From sequence record OR885871: a stretch of DNA of 64,000 nt, one strand, 5' to 3'. This document shows positions 47,834-57,676 of this stretch, one piece after another. The stretch is from Escherichia phage vB_EcoM_JN03. The position numbers and the translations under genes are program-made. The notes below the pieces were generated by a model, which was not told the DNA's origin, ran no database searches, and was given only the letters and a program-made list of their open reading frames with translations. Within the stretch, counting starts at the first letter, position 1. Every line of letters begins with the position of its first letter.

Positions 47834-47834
47834 G

Positions 47835-47864
47835 AGAAGGCGGGTTATCCCGCCTTTCTTTTTA
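47835..47864 (+). terminator. rho-independent terminator
   Basis: AAGGCGGG-TTAT-CCCGCCTT hairpin plus TCTTTTTAT. Confidence 0.6.
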
Positions 47865-48074
47865 TAACTTGATGTCGCGTCCGGAAGGATCTGAATTTGC
47901 TAGAATATAACCATCAACCACGTTCTTTTCGTCCCACCATTCAATAAAATCATTATCCTTTTCGCCTTTGATAAGACCCACAATGTTATATGAACCATCG
48001 GCGATTTTAGCATCTACACAGATAATTCTCACACGCCTTCCGTCACGAGTTTCTTTAATATCTTCAACCTTCAT
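47862..48074 (-). CDS. hypothetical protein (70 aa) on the opposite strand inside the structural module
   Basis: GAGGAA RBS 9 nt before ATG; sits between neck genes. Confidence 0.4.
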   Translation of the reverse strand: MKVEDIKETRDGRRVRIICVDAKIADGSYNIVGLIKGEKDNDFIEWWDEKNVVDGYILANSDPSGRDIKL

Positions 48075-48105
48075 TTATCAATTCCTCAAAAGAATTAATG
48101 ATTGA

Positions 48106-48112
48106 CTAAATA
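48106..48112 (+). promoter_or_regulatory. late promoter core CTAAATA
   Basis: 24 nt upstream of ATG at 48136. Confidence 0.45.
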
Positions 48113-48135
48113 CCTTCAAAATTGAGGGTAAAGTC

Positions 48136-48777
48136 ATGGCTACTTCAAAATATTTCAACTATACAGCACATCAAGGTACTCAAAAATTAATTGATGACTT
48201 GGTGGTCGAGATGATACAATTGCGTGGGATTGACGTCAAGTATATCCCACGTTCTATTGTTGAAAAATACCCAATTTTAAACGAGGCCGAACACAAATTC
48301 GACCAAGCGTTTGACATCGAAGTGTATATGCAGGATTATCAAGGCTTCAACACACAGATGTGGGAAAAGTTCGGCGGTATCCAATTACAAGATGAAGTGA
48401 CCTTCACTATTGCTCGTCGTCGTTTTTCAGAAGTTATTGGTAATGGTCCAGGCCTTGAACAAATGCCTCAAGAAGGTGATTTGATATATCTGCCTATGGC
48501 TAACAAAATATTTAAAGTGAATAACCCGAACAACGATGAAGAATTCATGCAATTTGGGAAATGGTACACATATTCCCTACCATGTACGTTGTTCCAATAC
48601 GGTAACGAAGATTTCGATACAGGTGTATCTGAAATAGACGATATCGATAAACGATTGCAGGATCTGGAAGGAGACGGTGTGTACAAAGACGCCAGCCTGC
48701 AAACGGATAACCAATTTGCGGACGAAATAGAGAAAGATCTTTCGCCCAATAAAATGAAGATAGACTTCGGGGAATAA
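48136..48777 (+). CDS. 14: neck protein (T4 gp14-like)
   Basis: EGDLIYLPMANKIFKV matches T4 gp14 EGDLIYFPMDNSLFEI. Confidence 0.6.
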   Translation: MATSKYFNYTAHQGTQKLIDDLVVEMIQLRGIDVKYIPRSIVEKYPILNEAEHKFDQAFDIEVYMQDYQGFNTQMWEKFGGIQLQDEVTFTIARRRFSEVIGNGPGLEQMPQEGDLIYLPMANKIFKVNNPNNDEEFMQFGKWYTYSLPCTLFQYGNEDFDTGVSEIDDIDKRLQDLEGDGVYKDASLQTDNQFADEIEKDLSPNKMKIDFGE

Positions 48778-48779
48778 TC

Positions 48780-49478
48780 ATGGCCAGACCATTTGAAAAA
48801 TATTTCTACCATGAATCGTTGTTGAAATATATCCATGTTTTCAACGCTATCATGTCGGATTTAAAAGTCAAAACCGAACGTGGCTTGATGGAAATCCCGC
48901 TGCATATGGCCATTGGCCGCCGTAATGACCTCAACAGGAACGTGCCAGCCAATATGCTGCCATTTGCAACAATGTCCTTTGGTCAGTTCGAAATCAATAA
49001 ACAGGTGACCAAGTCGTATCATAATCAGATATCGACTGCAACTGCGCGGTCCAAACAACGAATTCCGATCATTATAGATTTTGAATATAACATCAGAACG
49101 AAGAAACTGGTCGAAATGCTACAGGTGTTGGAACAAATTTATTCTGTGTTCACTCCTTCTGTTGACTGTCAGATAAAGGACAACGACACTTTATCTCAAG
49201 ATCAGAACGTGAAGATAATGTTGGTAAATCACACGATTTCTGACAACTGGGAAGGAGACGCAACAGAATCACCACACATAGATTGTTCATTCAATTTTCA
49301 ATTACATGGTCACATCTATGGAGAAGATTATTGGGTTGATGATGGTTCGGGCGGTGGGGATCCAAACGTCATCAAAGAGATAATTATTGAAATGTCTAAT
49401 GATTTGAACATGCCATGGTCGGAACTTCCTGAATGGTTCCGAGTTGATAAAGACGGCATACATCATCCGGAGGATTGA
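48780..49478 (+). CDS. 15: tail sheath stabiliser / tail completion protein (T4 gp15-like)
   Basis: Position after gp14 and before terminase; weak N-terminal similarity to T4 gp15. Confidence 0.5.
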   Translation: MARPFEKYFYHESLLKYIHVFNAIMSDLKVKTERGLMEIPLHMAIGRRNDLNRNVPANMLPFATMSFGQFEINKQVTKSYHNQISTATARSKQRIPIIIDFEYNIRTKKLVEMLQVLEQIYSVFTPSVDCQIKDNDTLSQDQNVKIMLVNHTISDNWEGDATESPHIDCSFNFQLHGHIYGEDYWVDDGSGGGDPNVIKEIIIEMSNDLNMPWSELPEWFRVDKDGIHHPED

Positions 49479-49480
49479 TC

Positions 49481-50161
49481 ATGAGCAATATGTCAGAAAG
49501 GTTACTCGCCACACTTGATGCGGTGACTGCCCGAGACGAAGTTGGGAAGGAGGCAATGGAGGCTGTCGCCCCTCGTCCAGGTATTGACTTCGATGAAAAT
49601 ACAGGTGAATGGTTTGGTGAACGTCCGGAAGGGTATCAGCCGATTCCTGAACCGCCTTCATTGGAGGATATTGCTTCCAAGGAATCCAAAGTACCTGAGT
49701 TTGCGGACACTGATGCTACAACGGATTACAAACGGATACGCGACACAACATATGCCATGCAAGAAGCCACAATGTTCATGATGGGACAAGCCGCTAAATT
49801 GGCTGCATCCACAGAAGCTCCGCGAGCATTTTCTGTTTTCCGTGAATTGGGTGAACTCATGCGAGGTCTGAATAAAGACTTGATGGAAAACCAGAAAACC
49901 ATCAAGGCAGTAACAGGTGATAAAGAACCACCTGTTGATGACACGACAGTGGATGTTACAACTTCACCAGACGGAACAACAACAGTATCGGTTGGGAAAA
50001 AGGCGCGATCTTCTCGCGATTTATTGAAGACGATCGAAGATGCACGCCGCCGCGCTGAAGAAAGAGCACAAGCAAAGGCCGCACAACAACCAGAAGATGA
50101 AATCATTGATGGTGAAACAGTTGATGTGAAGGAAGAAGACGATGGCGTATCAGAAGCGTGA
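49481..50161 (+). CDS. 16: terminase small subunit (T4 gp16-like), by position
   Basis: GGAGGA RBS; gene immediately upstream of and overlapping the large terminase; acidic C-terminus. Confidence 0.45.
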   Translation: MSNMSERLLATLDAVTARDEVGKEAMEAVAPRPGIDFDENTGEWFGERPEGYQPIPEPPSLEDIASKESKVPEFADTDATTDYKRIRDTTYAMQEATMFMMGQAAKLAASTEAPRAFSVFRELGELMRGLNKDLMENQKTIKAVTGDKEPPVDDTTVDVTTSPDGTTTVSVGKKARSSRDLLKTIEDARRRAEERAQAKAAQQPEDEIIDGETVDVKEEDDGVSEA

Positions 50162-52352
50162 TATAGAATATGCCCCAATTAAAACGGGGTTCAAAATAGA
50201 CGATGTGAAATTGCGTATGGACCAAACGTTCATGCGCAAACCTTCTGTGCGTGCTCCTCGAGTCGAGTTAATGCTGACAGATGAACAAGAAGACGAATTC
50301 GTTGAATGTTCTATGGATGCACACTACTTCGCCGCCAACTATTACAAGATAACCACGATCGATAAGGGCTTTATCCTTTTCGATATGCATGATTATCAGA
50401 AGCAGTTGTTCCACGACTTTCAGGACTATCGATTCAATGCGGTCGTCCAGGCTCGTCAGTCCGGTAAATGCGTCCGTGGTGATACTCTTGTTTATGTCTA
50501 TGATACAATCAGTCAACAAGAGTTGCATCTCACCATAGAAGAGCTTCACAAGCGCTTCGAAGGACCGAACCATGCTGTGCCACTGAATACCATTGGCAAC
50601 CACAATAAGTTTGTAGACAGCCGTTTCGGGAAACGATATTTTGTTGAGTCCGACACTGGCTGGGTTCCGGTTATTGCCGCTCATAAAACGAAAGAATACG
50701 CTGAATACGTTGTCAGGACTGAAACCGGACGCACAATTCATGTCGCAGATGAGCACATGTTCTTCAATGAATATGGGCGCGAAGTATTTGCTAAAGACAT
50801 GGAGGCCGGAGATGCCATAATGACCCAGGAGGGAATAGAATTCATCTCTGAGATCTGGGAGACTGGTGAGTACCACCACATGTATGACTTGCAAGTCAAG
50901 TCCAGCGATCAACGTTATTACACGAATGGGTTCCTCAGCCATAATACCACGGTCGTGGCTGCGTTTCTTCTTTGGTATGCGATGTTCCACTCAGACAAAG
51001 AAATCGCGGTACTGGCAAACAAAGAGAAACAAGCGATTGAAATTCTTGACCGTATCAGGAAGGCGTATCAGGACCTCCCATTCTTCCTTCAGCAGGGTTG
51101 TGAGAAGTTTGGTTCTACCCTGATAGAGTTTGAGAATGGTTCTAAGATATACGCTTATGCCACGTCTTCGGACTCCATCCGTGGTCGTTCTGTATCGCTC
51201 TTGTACGTTGACGAAGTCGCGTTTATCGAAAACGACTTTGAATTTTGGGAATCAACTTTCCCAGCCATTGCATCTGCCGATACATCACGCTGTATTTTGA
51301 CAAGTACTCCGAAAGGCCAGCGAGGGTTGTTCTATGATATTGTCACCAAAGCAGATCCGCGCCATCCACAATACAACGACTTCCACCTAACTGAAGTCCC
51401 ATGGTATAAGGTTCCGGCATATACCAAAGATCCAGATTGGGAAACCAAACAACGTGCCCGTCTGGGGGATGCTCGTTTCGATCAAGAATTTGGCATTAAG
51501 TTCCGTGGTTCCGTGGGTTCATTGATTCCGGCCAAATGCTTAGATAAAATGACGTCCAAGTTATATCGGGAACCTAATGAATTCACCAAGATTTATAAGG
51601 AATACGACCCACAACGTCTCTACTTTGGGATTGCGGACACTGGGAAGGGGGTGGAAGGAGATTATTCCGTCTTAACAATTCTGGATATAACTGAATATCC
51701 GCATGTTATAGCAGCCAAGTACAGGAATAACACGATACCTCCTATGATGTATGCATACACGATAGCTGATATGTGCACCGAATACGGGGAATGCCCTGTC
51801 CTTGTTGAAACAAACAACGACGTCGGCGGTCAGGTTATTACAATTCTTTATCAAGAGATAGAATATCCAGAAATCATATTCACATCAACAGATAACAAAG
51901 GGACGGGGAAACGGATTGGTGGACGTAAACCGGAACCTGGTATCAATACCAACAGAAAAGTCCGATCTATCGGTTGTGCTAACCTGAAAGCGCTCATTGA
52001 GAAAGAAATGTTGGTGATAGAAGACCAGGACACGATAGATGAACTCAGTACATTTGTGTTCAAAGGCGCTCGGTATGAAGCCGATGACGGTTGTCACGAT
52101 GACTGTGTCATGCCGTTGGTCTTATATTCTTGGGCAGTTAAACAAGAATGGTTCAGTGATTTGACATCTACAAGTATTTCTCAGGACATGAGAAACCGAA
52201 TGTCTTCAACTGAATCTCAGCAGGTATTCCCATTTGGTGGTTTAGTCGTTGGAGACACCCCATCCGAAACTGAGCATTTGCCTGGTTTCGGGGGTATTCA
52301 AGTTTTCAACGAAATGTCAGGGATGACCATGGATGAGTGGTTTAAGAATTGA
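50142..52352 (+). CDS. 17: terminase large subunit (T4 gp17-like), interrupted by a mini-intein
   Basis: 736 aa; Walker A reads QARQSGK / C...intein...N / TTVVAAF, i.e. ARQSGKTT once the insert is removed. Confidence 0.85.
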   Translation: MAYQKRDIEYAPIKTGFKIDDVKLRMDQTFMRKPSVRAPRVELMLTDEQEDEFVECSMDAHYFAANYYKITTIDKGFILFDMHDYQKQLFHDFQDYRFNAVVQARQSGKCVRGDTLVYVYDTISQQELHLTIEELHKRFEGPNHAVPLNTIGNHNKFVDSRFGKRYFVESDTGWVPVIAAHKTKEYAEYVVRTETGRTIHVADEHMFFNEYGREVFAKDMEAGDAIMTQEGIEFISEIWETGEYHHMYDLQVKSSDQRYYTNGFLSHNTTVVAAFLLWYAMFHSDKEIAVLANKEKQAIEILDRIRKAYQDLPFFLQQGCEKFGSTLIEFENGSKIYAYATSSDSIRGRSVSLLYVDEVAFIENDFEFWESTFPAIASADTSRCILTSTPKGQRGLFYDIVTKADPRHPQYNDFHLTEVPWYKVPAYTKDPDWETKQRARLGDARFDQEFGIKFRGSVGSLIPAKCLDKMTSKLYREPNEFTKIYKEYDPQRLYFGIADTGKGVEGDYSVLTILDITEYPHVIAAKYRNNTIPPMMYAYTIADMCTEYGECPVLVETNNDVGGQVITILYQEIEYPEIIFTSTDNKGTGKRIGGRKPEPGINTNRKVRSIGCANLKALIEKEMLVIEDQDTIDELSTFVFKGARYEADDGCHDDCVMPLVLYSWAVKQEWFSDLTSTSISQDMRNRMSSTESQQVFPFGGLVVGDTPSETEHLPGFGGIQVFNEMSGMTMDEWFKN
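50469..50945 (+). mobile_element. mini-intein (159 aa) in the terminase large subunit P-loop
   Basis: Begins with Cys after SGK, block B-like TGRTIHVADEH, ends FLSHN followed by Thr; in-frame; no homing endonuclease domain. Confidence 0.75.
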
Positions 52353-52355
52353 TCA

Positions 52356-52362
52356 CTAAATA
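52356..52362 (+). promoter_or_regulatory. late promoter core CTAAATA
   Basis: Upstream of tail sheath gene. Confidence 0.45.
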
Positions 52363-52404
52363 TCTTTCAAATTGAGCGAAACTCTACCGAGAAGGAATGA
52401 TATT

Positions 52405-54300
52405 ATGGCAACTCAAAGCTTCAGCGTTGCGCCGTCCGTTCAGTGGACTGAGCGTGATGCCACGCTTCAGACGTCCCCGTCCGTTGTTGTTCAGGGCGCG
52501 ACCGTCGGAAAATTTCAATGGGGTGAAGTTGAACTTCCAGTGCTGGTGACTGGTGGTGAGACAGGTTTGGTGAAGAAATTCTTCAAACCCAACGACAGTA
52601 CTGCGACCGATTTTCTCGTAATCGCGGACTTTTTGTCTTACAGCTCTATGGCATGGGTGACCCGTGTTGTTGGTCCTCTGGCCAAGAACTCTGTTACCAA
52701 AGGTCAGACAGCGATTGCGATCAAAAACAAACTGGATTTTGAAACAGCAAGTCCTTCGGCGTCCATCACTTGGACTGGTCGTTATCCAGGTTCCCTGGGT
52801 AATGATATTGCTATCAATGTTTGTGATGCTGCTGGATTCTCAACTTGGGAATTCCGTAATAACTTTGCATACGCACCTCAGTCTGGTGAATTCCATGTAG
52901 TTGTCGTAGACAAAGTTGGTCGCATTACCGACTCTGCTGGCGCGGTCGGTCAGGTTGACCGTATCTCCGTTTCTGGTACGGCTACTGCTGCTGGCACCAT
53001 CAGTGTGGCAGGTGAAGATATCGCATATCTGGATACTGATACTCCAGCCGATTTGGCAACCAAAATCGGTACAGCACTAACTTCCCTGACAAGTGTTTAT
53101 TCTTCTGTTGTCGTGAAGTCCAACACTGTCATCGTGACCCATAAAGCTATTGGTCCCCAGACAGTTACTGCTATTGTTCCAGATGATAAGGGGCTGACTG
53201 CAACCGCCGTGATTACCACTGTTGGCGCATCTGGTTCTATTATCGAAAAATACGAACTCATGCAGAACACACAGGGTTCCAAAAAGTCCGATGGCGCGAA
53301 TGCGTACTTCAAAGATGTCATCAATGATACATCAAATTGGGTGTACACCTTCGCTACCGCTCTGGCAGCAGGTGTTGTTGAATTAGAAGGCGGCGTAGAC
53401 GATTATAACATCAACCGCGTGGCAGCTATCCAAGTCTTGAACAATGCTGAAGCATATGATGCGAAGCCAGTATTTGCGTACTGTGAAGAACTGATTGAGC
53501 AACAAGCATTGATCGACTTATCTACTGAGCGAAAAGATACGGTATCTTTCGTATCCCCGCTCCGTGATACGGTTGTTGGCAACCGTGGTCGTGAAATGGA
53601 TGATGTCGTTGCTTGGCGTGAAAGCCTTGTTCGCGACTCTTCTTATTTCTTCATGGATGATAACTGGGCATATGTGTACGACAAGTACAACGACAAAATG
53701 CGTTGGATTCCGGCTTGTGGTGGCACCGCAGGTGTTTGGGCGCGAAGCATTGAAATCGCGGGTATCTACAAATCTCCGGCGTTCCACAACCGTGGTAAAT
53801 ACAACAACTATAATCGAATGGCGTGGTCTGCTTCTTCTGATGAACGTGCTGTGTTGTACCGCAATCAGATCAACAGCATCGTAACCTTCTCCAATGAAGG
53901 CATCGTCCTGTATGGTGACAAAACTGGCCTGACCCGCCCGTCGGCGTTTGACCGCATCAACGTTCGTGGTCTGTTCATCATGGCTGAGCAGAACATCGCC
54001 GCAATCGCCAAATACTATCTTGGTGAGAACAATGACGCGTTTACACGTGGTCTGTTCAGCAATGCGGTTCGTCCATATATCCGCCAGCTGGCAAATATGG
54101 GCGCGATTTACGATGGTAAAGTCAAATGTGATGAAGACAACAACACTGCTGATGTCATTGCGGCAAACCAAATGGTTGCAGGCATTTGGTTGAAGCCTGA
54201 GTACAGCATTAATTGGGTCTACTTAGATTTTGCTGCAGTTCGACCAGATATGGAGTTCAGCGAAATCGAATCCGGTGGCGGCATCGTTGCTGCTTCATAA
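52405..54300 (+). CDS. 18: tail sheath protein (T4 gp18-like)
   Basis: Start at MATQSF after GAAGGA RBS; GKFQWGEVELP matches T4 gp18 GKFQWGPAFQI. Confidence 0.8.
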   Translation: MATQSFSVAPSVQWTERDATLQTSPSVVVQGATVGKFQWGEVELPVLVTGGETGLVKKFFKPNDSTATDFLVIADFLSYSSMAWVTRVVGPLAKNSVTKGQTAIAIKNKLDFETASPSASITWTGRYPGSLGNDIAINVCDAAGFSTWEFRNNFAYAPQSGEFHVVVVDKVGRITDSAGAVGQVDRISVSGTATAAGTISVAGEDIAYLDTDTPADLATKIGTALTSLTSVYSSVVVKSNTVIVTHKAIGPQTVTAIVPDDKGLTATAVITTVGASGSIIEKYELMQNTQGSKKSDGANAYFKDVINDTSNWVYTFATALAAGVVELEGGVDDYNINRVAAIQVLNNAEAYDAKPVFAYCEELIEQQALIDLSTERKDTVSFVSPLRDTVVGNRGREMDDVVAWRESLVRDSSYFFMDDNWAYVYDKYNDKMRWIPACGGTAGVWARSIEIAGIYKSPAFHNRGKYNNYNRMAWSASSDERAVLYRNQINSIVTFSNEGIVLYGDKTGLTRPSAFDRINVRGLFIMAEQNIAAIAKYYLGENNDAFTRGLFSNAVRPYIRQLANMGAIYDGKVKCDEDNNTADVIAANQMVAGIWLKPEYSINWVYLDFAAVRPDMEFSEIESGGGIVAAS

Positions 54301-54307
54301 AAATGAC

Positions 54308-54338
54308 CAACCCCGCTTCGGCGGGGTTTTCCTTTGTC
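54308..54338 (+). terminator. rho-independent terminator
   Basis: CCCCGC-TTCG-GCGGGG hairpin plus TTTTCCTTT. Confidence 0.6.
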
Positions 54339-54358
54339 TTATTGATTTGAGTTATTGA

Positions 54359-54817
54359 ATGATATACGCATACAAAATTGAAACGATAACTAATGGAAAG
54401 GTCTACATCGGTGTGACCAATGACCCACAACGAAGATATGATCAGCATTTTGCGAATGCTTTTCATCATGGAGTCCAAAGTGAATTGTATGATGCCATGC
54501 GTAAGTATGGAACATCTGGATTTACTTTCGTTGTAATTGCTCAGACCGATGAAGTCCATAAATGGGAATTAGAGAAGCAACTCATCGCTCAATATAATTC
54601 TTATGAGATGGGTTACAACATGAATAAAGGCGGTAATGATGGAAGTCATATGCTGGGTAAAACTGCAGCAAAATTGACATCCACAGGTGAACACATTGGT
54701 CTTGTTTCTCTCATAGATCCCCGTTGGGAATTGTGTGAAATCGAACCCGTTTTAAGCAATGTTGACCACGGATTTGATTTTTCTTCCATGAAGATTAAAA
54801 GATTGACGACTAATTAG
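54359..54817 (+). CDS. GIY-YIG homing endonuclease (free-standing, 152 aa, possibly truncated)
   Basis: N-terminal MIYAYKIETITNGKVYIGVT...RRYDQH; inserted between sheath and tube genes. Confidence 0.6.
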   Translation: MIYAYKIETITNGKVYIGVTNDPQRRYDQHFANAFHHGVQSELYDAMRKYGTSGFTFVVIAQTDEVHKWELEKQLIAQYNSYEMGYNMNKGGNDGSHMLGKTAAKLTSTGEHIGLVSLIDPRWELCEIEPVLSNVDHGFDFSSMKIKRLTTN

Positions 54818-54847
54818 AATTGTGTACTCTTATTTGGAGATATAAAA

Positions 54848-55381
54848 ATGGCGACAGTCAATGAGTTTCGCGCAGCCATGTCACGAGGGGGCGGCGTACA
54901 ACGCCAACACCGCTGGCGTGTGACTGTAAACTTTCCTTCTTTTGTTGCTGGTTCCGACACAATTCGTGACGTGTCCTTGCTGGCTGTAACCACCAACACC
55001 CCAACAGGTCAGCTGGGCGAAATTCTGGTGCCCTGGGGTGGTCGTGAACTTCCGTTCCCAGGGGATCGTCGTTTCGAAGCGCTTCCTGTGACGTTCATTA
55101 ACGTGGTGAACAACGCTCCATACAATGCTTTTGAAGTGTGGCAGCAATTCATCAACGGTAGTGAAAACAACCGCGCCAGCGCGAATCCAGATGATTATTT
55201 CCGTGATATCATCATGGAACTTCTGGACGCGAATGACAACGTGACTAAGACATGGACTTTACAGGGCGGCTGGCCTCAAAACCTCGGCCAACTGGAACTC
55301 GATATGTCGGCAATGGACTCTTACACACAGTTCACTGTCGACTTGCGTTATTTCCAAGCCGTTTCTGACAAGTCATTGTAA
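54848..55381 (+). CDS. 19: tail tube protein (T4 gp19-like)
   Basis: C-terminal GGWPQNLGQLELDMSAMDSYTQFTVDLRYFQ matches T4 gp19 GLWPTNVGELQLDWDSNNEIQTFEVTLALDYWE. Confidence 0.75.
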   Translation: MATVNEFRAAMSRGGGVQRQHRWRVTVNFPSFVAGSDTIRDVSLLAVTTNTPTGQLGEILVPWGGRELPFPGDRRFEALPVTFINVVNNAPYNAFEVWQQFINGSENNRASANPDDYFRDIIMELLDANDNVTKTWTLQGGWPQNLGQLELDMSAMDSYTQFTVDLRYFQAVSDKSL

Positions 55382-55448
55382 TGTCCTCGGTGCTGGGGGA
55401 ATGTTATTCCCCCTCACTAATTACAAGAAAACGTTGAGGACTTAGATC

Positions 55449-57131
55449 ATGGCTGGATACGGCATGGGGTTCTTCGGTTTGTTTGGTGGCGGCGGTTTAG
55501 TCAATGCCAAAGTCGACACCGATAAGTTAGCCCAAAAACAAGATGAATTGTTGCTCACCAAGGCGACAGTTGTTGCTCTGGACGATGCTCAAGACGGTTC
55601 TATAATCCTTCAGGGCGGTGCAAACACCTACAACTATGTTGGCGTTGAGAGTGAACTTCTCAGCGTTAAAACAGTTGTGGAAGAATATCAGTCCATGGCT
55701 CAACAGCCTGAAATTCGCAAAGCTGTGGACATTATTGTCAATGATGTTGTCACCTGTGAGGAAGATGAAACTCCAGTGACAGTAAACCTTGACAAAGTTG
55801 AAGGGATATCTGATACTGTTAAAGAATCTATCACCGAATGCTTCAAAGAAGTTATGCACTTGATGGACTTTGACAATACAGCATATCAGAAGATCCGGAA
55901 ATGGTATGTTGACGGTCGACAAGCATATCATGTCATCGTTGATCCCACGAATAAAAAAGGCGGGATCAAGAAATTGGTTATGCTTGATTCTCGTTGCATT
56001 CGTCCTGTCTATATCGTTGAGAAGGCGATGCGTGAAGGCGGTATTGAAGCAATAGAATCTGTAACATTGAAGTATTATTACAACCCGAATTATAATCGAA
56101 ACCAATTCACTGGCCAATCTGGTACTTCCCAGAACTTCCAGCCTTCACAGCAAGAACTCGTATTCGATGACGAAAGCATTGTTTACATCGATAGTGGTGA
56201 AGAGCCATTGGCCAATGGTATTGTCCCAGGCCTTTTAAATCCTGCTATCCGTCCGTTGAACAACCTGGTTACGACTGAAGATGCGACTGTAATTTATGCC
56301 ATCACTCGCGCCCCTGAGAAACGCGCATTCTATCTTGACGTCGGTACTCTCGGTAAGAAATCTGCTGAAGAATACATGACCATGATGATGGGTAAATTCA
56401 AAAACCGCAACGCATATGACCGCACCACTGGTAAGATAACAGGTAATGCCCATCTTATGGGTATTGCAGAGGATTATTGGTTGCCGCGCCGCGAAGGTCA
56501 GAATGCTACAGAGATTGCGACTGTTGGGGGTGGGAATCAATTGGGCGAAATGGATCACGTGAACTATTTCCGTGAAAAACTCTATGATGCTCTAATGATC
56601 CCTAAGAGCCGCCTCCAAGAGGAAGGATCTATTAACATTGGGGGTTCTAACCTTGCGGAGATTACACAGGAAGAGCTGCGCTTCAGCAAGTTCTGTGCTG
56701 GGTTACGACGCCGTTACTCCCATTTCTTTATGGAATTCTTGCGCCGCCAGTTAATTTTGAAAGGCGTTACGGATGAAAAGGATTGGAATGAGAAGATCAA
56801 ACCGTTTATAAAGTTTGAATTCACATCCGATAGTTACATTCGTGAACAACAAGAAAACGCTATCTTGAATGATCGTCTGGCTTCATTGAACACTGTTGAG
56901 CCATTTGTTGGTTCCATTTTCTCCATAGACTACGTCATGAGAAATGTATTGCGTATGTCTGATGAAGAAGTTAAAGAACAACAAACGAAGATCGCGGAAG
57001 AGAAAAAGAAAGGTCTCTATCCGAAGGTTCAAGCAGATGAAACTGGCAATTATAGCGGTTCAGATGTTAGTCCGTTGAAGTTTAAACCTGAGACTATCCC
57101 ATTCTCCGGTTCAACAGACGATAGTATTTAA
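55449..57131 (+). CDS. 20: portal protein (T4 gp20-like)
   Basis: RKWYVDGR, ITRAPEKRAFY and EDYWLPRREG match T4 gp20 RRWYVDSR, ITRAPDRRVWY, EDYWLQRRDG. Confidence 0.85.
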   Translation: MAGYGMGFFGLFGGGGLVNAKVDTDKLAQKQDELLLTKATVVALDDAQDGSIILQGGANTYNYVGVESELLSVKTVVEEYQSMAQQPEIRKAVDIIVNDVVTCEEDETPVTVNLDKVEGISDTVKESITECFKEVMHLMDFDNTAYQKIRKWYVDGRQAYHVIVDPTNKKGGIKKLVMLDSRCIRPVYIVEKAMREGGIEAIESVTLKYYYNPNYNRNQFTGQSGTSQNFQPSQQELVFDDESIVYIDSGEEPLANGIVPGLLNPAIRPLNNLVTTEDATVIYAITRAPEKRAFYLDVGTLGKKSAEEYMTMMMGKFKNRNAYDRTTGKITGNAHLMGIAEDYWLPRREGQNATEIATVGGGNQLGEMDHVNYFREKLYDALMIPKSRLQEEGSINIGGSNLAEITQEELRFSKFCAGLRRRYSHFFMEFLRRQLILKGVTDEKDWNEKIKPFIKFEFTSDSYIREQQENAILNDRLASLNTVEPFVGSIFSIDYVMRNVLRMSDEEVKEQQTKIAEEKKKGLYPKVQADETGNYSGSDVSPLKFKPETIPFSGSTDDSI

Positions 57132-57138
57132 AGTTCAA

Positions 57139-57145
57139 CTAAATA
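57139..57145 (+). promoter_or_regulatory. late promoter core CTAAATA
   Basis: 28 nt upstream of small ORF at 57173. Confidence 0.4.
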
Positions 57146-57172
57146 TAGAAAATTAATTCGGAGATCAAAATC

Positions 57173-57343
57173 ATGAGCGCAATTGATATCGTTCGTGCAG
57201 TAATTGACGGTGACACTGAAACTGCTGTTGCAGAATGCAACATGGAACTTGATGCACGTAGTCAAGAACTATTAAACCAAGGCACAGCATATGTTCTGGA
57301 TTCTATCGCAGCTGATATGAATTCAAACAACAACGGCCAGTAA
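57173..57343 (+). CDS. small acidic protein (56 aa), possible prohead core component; below ORF-track cutoff
   Basis: Hand-translated MSAIDIVRAVIDGDTETAVAECNMELDARSQELLNQGTAYVLDSIAADMNSNNNGQ; RBS CGGAGA. Confidence 0.35.
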   Translation: MSAIDIVRAVIDGDTETAVAECNMELDARSQELLNQGTAYVLDSIAADMNSNNNGQ

Positions 57344-57351
57344 GGAGATGC

Positions 57352-57669
57352 ATGATGGAAATCACAGAGATCGCCACGTTCGCTGATTTCCTGGCCTCTC
57401 GTATGGACGAGCAGCGAGTCATCGATAAAGTGAACGCTCGTGGTAAACGCCGCCGCCGCTTGAAATGTGCCCCTGGGTTCAAATTGTCGGCTGATGGTTC
57501 ACGTTGTGAAGTTATGGACGCCAGCGAACGTCGTGTTCGCAAGATCGGCAACCGCAAAGCCCTCCGCTCTAAAAAGCGTATGGGAATGGGCTATCAACGT
57601 AAAATCGAGCGCCGCAAGAAAAAGGCTATGAAGTTCCGCAAAATGATGGGACTGAGTAAGAACAAGTAA
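57352..57669 (+). CDS. highly basic small protein (105 aa), possible prohead core / internal protein
   Basis: Arg/Lys-rich; located between portal and prohead protease genes. Confidence 0.4.
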   Translation: MMEITEIATFADFLASRMDEQRVIDKVNARGKRRRRLKCAPGFKLSADGSRCEVMDASERRVRKIGNRKALRSKKRMGMGYQRKIERRKKKAMKFRKMMGLSKNK

Positions 57670-57676
57670 GGAGTTT

